Part shown: positions 57,635-64,000 of the stretch, in pieces
How the letters are laid out: every line of letters starts with the position of its first letter
How positions within the stretch are numbered: position 1 is the first letter of the stretch
Assembly: GCA_902599555.1 (NCBI GenBank)
Contig: CACKFQ010000003.1
Coordinates: forward strand, 64,607 to 128,606
Direction: 5' to 3'
Source: an uncultured Candidatus Actinomarina sp.
GTDB lineage: Bacteria > Actinomycetota > Acidimicrobiia > Actinomarinales > Actinomarinaceae
Length of the DNA stretch: 64,000 nt
Notes under the pieces: model-generated
What the model saw: the letters and a program-made list of their open reading frames with translations, nothing else
Told to the model about the DNA's origin: nothing
The model's database searches: none
Translations under genes and position numbers: made by a program

Positions 57635-58108
57635 TTAAGTTTTAATTTTACCAATATTAGTTATTTTTTGATCAAAAATTTTAAAACTAGATTTATCTAT
57701 AGGCTTATTTAAAACCTCATATAAAGGCTCGACAACAAAAAGTCTATTTTGCCAATCATAATGAGGGATAATCAAATCTTCTTCCTCAATTTCTTCACCT
57801 TTAAAAAATATAATATCTATATCTATCAACCTTGGTCCGTATCTAAAATTTTTCTTTCTACCCATTTGAGTTTCTATTTCCTTAACTTTTATCAGTAAAT
57901 TTCTAGCTGTTCCTTGGTATTCAATTTCAATAACAATGTTTAAAAAATCATCTTGTTCTTTATAAAGTAGTGGTTCTGTTTTGTAGACTGATGACATTTT
58001 AATAATCTTGGCGAAATTAGAAATTAGCCCTACTGCATCAATTAAATTACTTTCTTTATTACCAATATTTGAGCCCAAAGAGAGGAATATACTATTTGAA
58101 TTCTTCAC
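57635..58108 (-). CDS. folK: 2-amino-4-hydroxy-6-hydroxymethyldihydropteridine diphosphokinase
   Basis: FLSLGSNIGN..., RYGPRLIDIDIIFF, PHYDW..R.FV..PL. Confidence 0.9.
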   Translation of the reverse strand: MKNSNSIFLSLGSNIGNKESNLIDAVGLISNFAKIIKMSSVYKTEPLLYKEQDDFLNIVIEIEYQGTARNLLIKVKEIETQMGRKKNFRYGPRLIDIDIIFFKGEEIEEEDLIIPHYDWQNRLFVVEPLYEVLNKPIDKSSFKIFDQKITNIGKIKT

Positions 58109-58460
58109 GATAAGAAACCGAAATGCCCTCTGTTCTATCTTTTAAAATTGTGTCTGGTTTATGAACTGTGACCTTGATTTCTTGTAACATAGATTTATTT
58201 TTTGCGTATTTAAATACAATTTGTTCAGAAATTTGTTTTGCTAAAGTTTCAATTAAATCATAGGTTTCTGTTTTTACAAATTTTATAACTAAATTAACAA
58301 TTTCCTCATAATTAAGTGTTTTGTTAATATCGTCTACAGAAAAATCAGAAATATTAATATGAATATCTACCAAAAATTCTTGATCGTTTTGTTTTTCGTG
58401 ATCATAAATTCCATGTTTTCCAGAGCACTTGATTTTAGAAATATTTATGTCGAATGACAT
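58092..58460 (-). CDS. folB: dihydroneopterin aldolase
   Basis: 122 aa; GKHGIYDHEKQNDQEFLVDI, YEEIVNLV..., position between folP and folK. Confidence 0.85.
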   Translation of the reverse strand: MSFDINISKIKCSGKHGIYDHEKQNDQEFLVDIHINISDFSVDDINKTLNYEEIVNLVIKFVKTETYDLIETLAKQISEQIVFKYAKNKSMLQEIKVTVHKPDTILKDRTEGISVSYREEFK

Positions 58461-58463
58461 TGT

Positions 58464-58934
58464 TTATGTAGTGGGAATAAGAGCTATAGCTTTTGGTGAA
58501 AGTGGTTTTTCTAATATTTTTTCAAGTATGGTTCTTGCCAAAATAGGATCGTCCAAAAGTTTAGAGTAAATTAAATAACCAGCAAGAATTCCCGGAACTT
58601 GTTCATCTAATAATTCTCGATGTATTAGAAGCTTTCGATCCTTGTCTGATAATGCTTCTTTGATTGCATCAAAAATAACATTTAGAGACTCTTTTGGAAT
58701 GTCATCACTTAACGGATAGTGATAAGTTCTAAAACCTACTTCTTGATAGTTTTTAAGATTAAAGTCTGAATCAAGTAGAGAGAAAATAGCATTAATGCCC
58801 TGTCCCTTTAGCCACTGAATTTCTTCTTCCCTCCTTATTTTACGAGGAGTAAGGCCACCGCCACCAATGCATTCGGAAACAGCTAGTTTACCTTCAATAA
58901 TCCAATGAAAATCATTGGGTTTTAAACCAGCCAT
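58464..58934 (-). CDS. atypical dual-specificity/PTP-like protein lacking the catalytic Cys-X5-Arg loop (pseudophosphatase)
   Basis: Colinear with small archaeal/bacterial DSPs: W...G.L..S...IGGGGL....EEIQWLKGQGINAIFSL, YHYPLSDDIP (general-acid region), LLIH-RELLDEQV-PGILAGYLI. The expected HC..G..R(S/T)G is replaced by HRELLDEQVPG. Confidence 0.6.
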   Translation of the reverse strand: MAGLKPNDFHWIIEGKLAVSECIGGGGLTPRKIRREEEIQWLKGQGINAIFSLLDSDFNLKNYQEVGFRTYHYPLSDDIPKESLNVIFDAIKEALSDKDRKLLIHRELLDEQVPGILAGYLIYSKLLDDPILARTILEKILEKPLSPKAIALIPTT

Positions 58935-58973
58935 TGTAACCTCCGTAAATTACATACTAGCTTAAATGTAAAA

Positions 58974-59717
58974 CTAAGAAGCTATGTGTAGCCTGACCAA
59001 AGAAACGCCAGAGTTTATACAATGGTCATAAAGTTCTTCATCTGTCATCTCTAAATTTTGAGCAAATTTTTTCTTCGAATAACCAACAACTAATGGAAAT
59101 CCAAAGGAAAAATATTCTAGATTTTCAAATAATTTTTGAGAGTCCTCCATTGATTTACCAAAGCCTAATCCTGGATCAATAGAAATTCTGTTTTTATCAA
59201 CTCCATGAGAAATTAAATTTTCTATTTTTTCTTCTAAATGATCTCTTACTTCTTTTACTACATCTTTGTAATTCATCTTTTCTTGAATATCAGATGAATT
59301 TGGGTGCCTATGTACAAGAATAATCTTTGGAGCTTTTTCAATAATTAATTGAATCATTTTAAAATCATTGAAACCACTTACGTCGTTAACAATTTCAAAA
59401 TTATTTTCTAAAGCATGTCTGGCAATCTCATAATTCATCGTATCTACAGATAATTTAAACTTTCCAAAATAATTAGAAATAAAAAAATTAAGTCTTTTTA
59501 ATTCTTGTTCATAACTAACTTCTTTAAAGCCGGGTTTAGTTGAAACTCCACCAACATCAAGAACTTTTATTTTCTTTTCTTCTGCTGTTTTTAATAGAGA
59601 ACCCAATCTCTGTTTGTTTTCAAAAACACCGTCACCAGTAAATGAATCCGTTGTTGAATTAATAATTCCAATTACTTTTTGGTTAACTGAATTTAAAAGA
59701 TTATTCCAATCCGTCAA
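58974..59717 (-). CDS. folP: dihydropteroate synthase
   Basis: GIINSTTDSF, DVGGVSTKPG, SVDT, VNDVSG, DPGLGFGK; TTG start. Confidence 0.9.
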   Translation of the reverse strand: MTDWNNLLNSVNQKVIGIINSTTDSFTGDGVFENKQRLGSLLKTAEEKKIKVLDVGGVSTKPGFKEVSYEQELKRLNFFISNYFGKFKLSVDTMNYEIARHALENNFEIVNDVSGFNDFKMIQLIIEKAPKIILVHRHPNSSDIQEKMNYKDVVKEVRDHLEEKIENLISHGVDKNRISIDPGLGFGKSMEDSQKLFENLEYFSFGFPLVVGYSKKKFAQNLEMTDEELYDHCINSGVSLVRLHIAS

Positions 59718-59719
59718 TT

Positions 59720-60280
59720 TTAAGAAAAGTTTAAAAGTGCTTCGTTTCTTAAAGAAAAGTCTAATTCATACACACCCGTTGAGTATGTAGTTATGACCTC
59801 CTCTGATGAATTTTGTGAATTCAATAAATCAGAGCAAAGATGTTTTGCAGACATTTTAACAAACACTCCATCGGCATCTAAAGTTTTGTGTATGAACGAG
59901 GCAATTTTTTCAGTTAACTTTTCCTGTAATGTTAAGTCGTTTGAAAAATGTCCTACAAGGTCACTAAATTTTGAAATTCCCAATATCTTTTTCTTTGGGA
60001 AAACAGCAATACTTGCTGAGCCGTGAAAAGGCATCATATGATGTTCACATAAGCTAATGTATGAAATTCCATTTATATAAATGGGTTGATTGTGTGTAAC
60101 TTCTTTTAGTGATTCAAAAATAAGTGTTTCATCACTTTTATTAGATAATTTTTTTTGAACTTGGTCTAAAAACTTAATTGATAAATTTTTTATTTCTTCA
60201 TCACTCTTATCAGTTATTTCTTTCAGTAAGAGAAATAAAGATTCCTGTGCCTGGATTAAGTTAGTTTGAACTTCGGTCAT
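59720..60280 (-). CDS. folE: GTP cyclohydrolase I
   Basis: SLCEHHMMPFHGSASIAVFP zinc/active-site motif; ATGA overlap with the ftsH stop. Confidence 0.92.
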   Translation of the reverse strand: MTEVQTNLIQAQESLFLLLKEITDKSDEEIKNLSIKFLDQVQKKLSNKSDETLIFESLKEVTHNQPIYINGISYISLCEHHMMPFHGSASIAVFPKKKILGISKFSDLVGHFSNDLTLQEKLTEKIASFIHKTLDADGVFVKMSAKHLCSDLLNSQNSSEEVITTYSTGVYELDFSLRNEALLNFS

Positions 60281-62145
60281 CAGGCAAGCCTTAAGCTTTT
60301 ACCAGTACCCTGAATTTTTACTTTTTTAATTGCTTTAAATACTTCGGCTACTTCATCTTTATTAATAGTCTCTTTCTCCATTAATAAATTAACCATTGCA
60401 TCCATTTGTTTTTTAAACTTCTTTAATATTTTTCCAGCAATTATGTGAGCGTCATTCAATAAATTTCTTACCTCGTCATCTATAGATGAAGCGACTTCGT
60501 CAGAATAGTCTTGTTGTCTTCCATAGTCTCGACCAAGGAATACTTCATTTGAACCTTTGCCATAAAGCATTGGTCCAAGCTTTTCACTCATACCAAATTC
60601 CATCACCATTCTTCTAGCAATATCTGTTGCTTTTTCAATATCGTTTGATGCTCCTGTAGTTGGGTCTGCAAATATTAACTCCTCTGCAACTCTGCCTCCC
60701 ATAAGCATTGCGAGTCTGTCTTTTAATTCAGCCTTAGATGAAAGATACTTTTCACTATCGGGCAATGCCTGAGTATAACCAAGCGCTCTTCCCCTAGGGA
60801 TAATGGTAACTTTGTGAATTGGGTCTGCATTTGGAAGTGCCCAGCCTACTAAAGCATGGCCAGTTTCATGATAGGCAATAATTAACTTTTCCTCTTCTGT
60901 CATTACTTGACTTTTCTTTTCAGGACCAGCCATAACTCTATCGATTGAGTTTTCAATGTCTGCGATACCTATAGTTTTTTTATTTTTTCTTGCAGCTAGT
61001 AATGCTGCTTCGTTTAATAAATTGGCAAGATCAGCACCGGTAAATCCTGGTGTTTGTTTAGCCAAAGTTTCAAAGTTAACATTTTTTGCTAATGGTTTAT
61101 CTTTAGAATGAACTTTTAGAATCTGAGTTCTTCCTGCTAAATCAGGCCTACCAACGATTACCTGTCGATCAAATCTTCCCGGTCTTAATAGAGCAGGATC
61201 GAGAACATCTGGCCTGTTTGTTGCTGCCATAAGTATTACACCTTGGTTAGCTTCAAAACCATCCATTTCAACAAGTAATTGATTTAGAGTTTGTTCTCTC
61301 TCGTCGTGTCCACCACCAAGACCAGCACCCCTCATTCTTCCAACTGCATCAATTTCATCAATAAATATGATTGCTGGAGATGATTCTTTGGCTTTTTTAA
61401 ATAAATCTCTTACCCTGCTGGCTCCAACCCCTACAAACATCTCAACAAAGTCAGATCCTGAAATGCTAAAAAATGGAACACCAGCTTCCCCAGCAACTGC
61501 TTTTGCAAGAAGGGTTTTGCCTGTTCCTGGAGGGCCAACAAGTAAAACTCCTTTAGGAATTTTTGCACCAAGTTTGTTAAATTTTTCTGGAGATTTCAAA
61601 AACTCTTTTATCTCTTCTAGCTCTTCTTTAGCTTCTTCAACACCTGCTACATCCTGAAACGTAACTTTTGGTGCTTCTTCGTCGAGCTCTTTTGCTTTTG
61701 ATTTACCAAATTGCATGATCTGATTTCCATTTGATCTAACTTGAGAAAACATATAGAACATAAATGCTGCAAGAAATAGCCAAGGTAAAAATGCAAAAAC
61801 ATAATCTTGAAACCCTGCAGGCTCTGTGTCAGTATTTAAGACTATATCTTGATCAACTAAAAGTTGAAATACTTCTCCCTCAAAACCCTCTGGATATTCT
61901 GTTTGATATACGATTTCATCATTTGCTATTTTAAATTCGACCATATTTGATTGTTCTTTTATTGTGGCTTCTATTACAGAGCCAGAGATAATTTCATTTT
62001 TAAACGCAGTAAAAGATTTGCTTTCAGGTGCGTTAACCGAAGAGTTGTACTGCTGGACGCCAAGAAAGATAAGTAGTCCTAAAGCAAAGTACATAAAAAA
62101 TGACTTATTGTTATTTTTTTTATTCATTTCTTTTTTCTTATCCAT
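60280..62145 (-). CDS. ftsH: ATP-dependent zinc metalloprotease FtsH
   Basis: Two N-terminal TM segments, AAA module [21 protein letters not shown], zinc site HETGHAL. Confidence 0.96.
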   Translation of the reverse strand: MDKKKEMNKKNNNKSFFMYFALGLLIFLGVQQYNSSVNAPESKSFTAFKNEIISGSVIEATIKEQSNMVEFKIANDEIVYQTEYPEGFEGEVFQLLVDQDIVLNTDTEPAGFQDYVFAFLPWLFLAAFMFYMFSQVRSNGNQIMQFGKSKAKELDEEAPKVTFQDVAGVEEAKEELEEIKEFLKSPEKFNKLGAKIPKGVLLVGPPGTGKTLLAKAVAGEAGVPFFSISGSDFVEMFVGVGASRVRDLFKKAKESSPAIIFIDEIDAVGRMRGAGLGGGHDEREQTLNQLLVEMDGFEANQGVILMAATNRPDVLDPALLRPGRFDRQVIVGRPDLAGRTQILKVHSKDKPLAKNVNFETLAKQTPGFTGADLANLLNEAALLAARKNKKTIGIADIENSIDRVMAGPEKKSQVMTEEEKLIIAYHETGHALVGWALPNADPIHKVTIIPRGRALGYTQALPDSEKYLSSKAELKDRLAMLMGGRVAEELIFADPTTGASNDIEKATDIARRMVMEFGMSEKLGPMLYGKGSNEVFLGRDYGRQQDYSDEVASSIDDEVRNLLNDAHIIAGKILKKFKKQMDAMVNLLMEKETINKDEVAEVFKAIKKVKIQGTGKSLRLA

Positions 62146-62189
62146 CTTATTTAATTTAATACTCTTGGGTTTAAAAGCAATACTGACAT

Positions 62190-62726
62190 TTAAGAGAGAA
62201 GGGCCAAATAAGGCAATTCTCTATATTTTCCGTTGTAGTCTAGACCATAACCAACTACAAATTCAGGGCCAATTTCGAATCCACTGTAATCGATTTCAAT
62301 TGGGTCTTTTGAAACTCCTTTTTTAACAAACATGCTAAAAATTTCAATACTTTTTGGATTTCTAGATTCAAGTAATTTTTTTAAGCTTGAGAGGGTTAAT
62401 CCTGTGTCATAGATGTCTTCGACTATCAAAATATTTTTATTTGAAATGTCATACTCCAAATCTTTAATAATTTTAATTTGACCAGATGATTCAGATCCGT
62501 AATAAGATTTAATACTCATAAAGTCAAAGGTAACATCAATCTGAAGTTGCTTAGCAAGGTCACTTACAACTATAAAAGCTCCTTTCAGAATGCCAATAAC
62601 TACAAGTTCTTCGTCTTTATACTTACTATTTATTATTTCTGCAATTTCCGAAATTTTATTTTTTATTTCTTCTTGCGATATTAAAGTTTTAGAAATTTTC
62701 AATACTAACCTTTTCTGTAGAAGCAC
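62190..62726 (-). CDS. hpt: hypoxanthine phosphoribosyltransferase
   Basis: PRPP loop [15 protein letters not shown] and VVGYGLDY. The track start at 62726 is GTG. A TTG at 62702 with AAAGG upstream is an equally good start. Confidence 0.9.
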   Translation of the reverse strand: MLLQKRLVLKISKTLISQEEIKNKISEIAEIINSKYKDEELVVIGILKGAFIVVSDLAKQLQIDVTFDFMSIKSYYGSESSGQIKIIKDLEYDISNKNILIVEDIYDTGLTLSSLKKLLESRNPKSIEIFSMFVKKGVSKDPIEIDYSGFEIGPEFVVGYGLDYNGKYRELPYLALLS

Positions 62727-63954
62727 TTAGTATAAATTTATCTTTTTGAGTTTCCAACCAGTTTCCCTCACTAGATTTTCTTATTCCTGGTATCCATAGA
62801 ATAGTATCTTTCAGCTTAAGAACTGGCCAGACCTCTCTAAGTGACTTATTTACCCCATATGAACGAAATATTTCAGCAGGTTTTTGGTTATGACTACCTG
62901 TTTTAAATAGATCTCCATCAGAAATTTCACTAAAATAAATTTCATTTTCTAGGTATTTTGGTAATGATATAGACCAATTATTTAAAGTGTCGATAGAATC
63001 GTATTTTTCGAAATTAAAATAACCTTTTGGTTCTAGCAAAACTCCACTACCTGTCCATTTTTGTTTATTTACAAAAATAAGAAGCCCACTTTGAGTTGAA
63101 ACTTCCCAATTTTCAAAAAAACTTTTCCTGATATTTTTTTCAATGACAGAAAATATTTTTTTGATATCGGAATTCTGTAATCCGCTTTGTCCAATATATT
63201 GAGATATTGTTGACAGCAAATAATAAGAGGCTGAGTTGTCCTTATTAATCAGTGAAATTGGAACTTCTACATATCCTTTTGCACTTTTTATATACGAAAT
63301 TAGGTTTTTATCATTTTTTGTTAGTTCATCTATTTCATAAATTAAACCTTGTATTTTGTTATTTAGATCTCCTTTAAAATTCTTTTCAATACTCGGAATA
63401 ATTTCATTCCTTAACCAATTCCGTAAAATTGAGTTGTCTTTGTTTGTAGAGTCCTCTAAAAAATTTATTTTTTTATCCTGAGCATATTTAATGATTGAAG
63501 ACTTTTTAATATCAATTAGTGGTCTTAATATACTTTTTGTCTCTTGCTTTATAGAAAGCAGGCCTTTGAGTCTTGTCCCTCTGAACAGATTTATCATAAA
63601 AGTTTCTACTCTATCATCATTATGATGTCCCAGTAGAAGAATTTCATCTTGTTGTATGTTGTTAAACAATGCTTTGTACCTTGCATCTCTCATTTTTGTT
63701 TCTGACGAATCAGAATCTAATTGAGTATCTACATTCAAATGATCAATACCTAAATCTTTAGCAAAATTCTCAGCTGATTTTTGAAGTTTTTCTGAATCTT
63801 TTTGATTGTGATTAACAAAAACACTCCTGACATTTGATGTATAAGAATGCACTATATGCAGCAGAACTGAGCTATCAACACCCCCGCTTAATGCAACAAC
63901 ATAGTTTTGAGTTGGGTTAAGTAAATTAGTAATTTTATTTTCAATTTCAGTCAT
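62689..63954 (-). CDS. tilS: tRNA(Ile)-lysidine synthetase
   Basis: PP-loop VVALSGGVDSSVLLH, HHNDDRVETF; upstream of hpt as in other Actinobacteria. Confidence 0.9.
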   Translation of the reverse strand: MTEIENKITNLLNPTQNYVVALSGGVDSSVLLHIVHSYTSNVRSVFVNHNQKDSEKLQKSAENFAKDLGIDHLNVDTQLDSDSSETKMRDARYKALFNNIQQDEILLLGHHNDDRVETFMINLFRGTRLKGLLSIKQETKSILRPLIDIKKSSIIKYAQDKKINFLEDSTNKDNSILRNWLRNEIIPSIEKNFKGDLNNKIQGLIYEIDELTKNDKNLISYIKSAKGYVEVPISLINKDNSASYYLLSTISQYIGQSGLQNSDIKKIFSVIEKNIRKSFFENWEVSTQSGLLIFVNKQKWTGSGVLLEPKGYFNFEKYDSIDTLNNWSISLPKYLENEIYFSEISDGDLFKTGSHNQKPAEIFRSYGVNKSLREVWPVLKLKDTILWIPGIRKSSEGNWLETQKDKFILSASTEKVSIENF

Positions 63955-64000
63955 TACAAGAAGACTAATTTATTTTTCTATAACTTTGTATCTTTTTCTT

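Noticed and set aside
1-64000. Search for CRISPR arrays, IS elements or transposases, integrases, prophage genes, toxin-antitoxin or restriction/defence modules, rRNA, and large tandem or dispersed repeats.
   Set aside because: None seen. Every ORF over 100 aa has a housekeeping, transport or membrane assignment, or is a lone hypothetical inside an operon. No direct-repeat/spacer periodicity and no terminal inverted repeats were noticed. A computational repeat and HMM scan would be needed to exclude short or degenerate elements.

Overview
Very AT-rich (about one-third G+C by eye), extremely gene-dense chromosomal segment with about 66 protein-coding genes and one tRNA-Thr. I saw no rRNA, CRISPR array, transposase, integrase or phage genes. 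Spacers are mostly under 100 bp, and many neighbouring genes overlap by 1-40 nt. Gene content and order match an actinobacterial core chromosome. One conserved block is disA / carD-ispF-cysS-rlmB-tRNA-Thr. A second is clpC-lysS-coaX-panC-folK-folB-folP-folE-ftsH-hpt-tilS, as in Mycobacterium. Rex plus a complete nuoA-N operon is also present. From this I infer a genome-streamlined, low-GC aquatic actinobacterium, possibly Ca. Actinomarinales-like; this is inference only. Content from left to right: a DUF4349-like gene; a heliorhodopsin gene; a ferric-iron ABC importer (SBP, fused permease, ATPase) divergent from a DtxR/IdeR-family regulator; ybaN-like, tdk and a quinone oxidoreductase; small membrane, lipoprotein and SRPBCC genes; an ABC-2 exporter pair; nuoN to nuoA (14 genes) preceded by a perfect Rex operator; a geranylgeranyl-reductase-family flavoprotein; rex; a MATE transporter / 99-aa ORF / CvpA-CAP fusion operon; a branched-chain amino-acid ABC system (livJ convergent with livHMGF plus one extra membrane protein); tRNA-Thr; rlmB, cysS, ispF, carD, disA; a zinc-ribbon membrane protein; an M20 hydrolase; a purine/nucleoside salvage cluster (add, amidohydrolase deaminase, BMP-type nucleoside ABC transporter, nucleoside hydrolase); clpC; a polyprenyl synthase; and the lysS to tilS block. 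Hunt result: I do not see a defence island, mobile element or obviously new multi-gene system. The best leads are: (1) the heliorhodopsin at the tail of the iron importer; (2) a catalytically dead DSP/PTP-like gene inside the folate operon; (3) a DtxR/IdeR orthologue that has lost most canonical metal ligands; (4) a 44-aa membrane sORF translationally coupled to nuoN; (5) an adenosine deaminase whose conserved N-terminus is cut off by a 1-nt frame problem in an A4 run; (6) the Rex operator on nuoA. All family calls come from motif recognition by eye; no searches were run.
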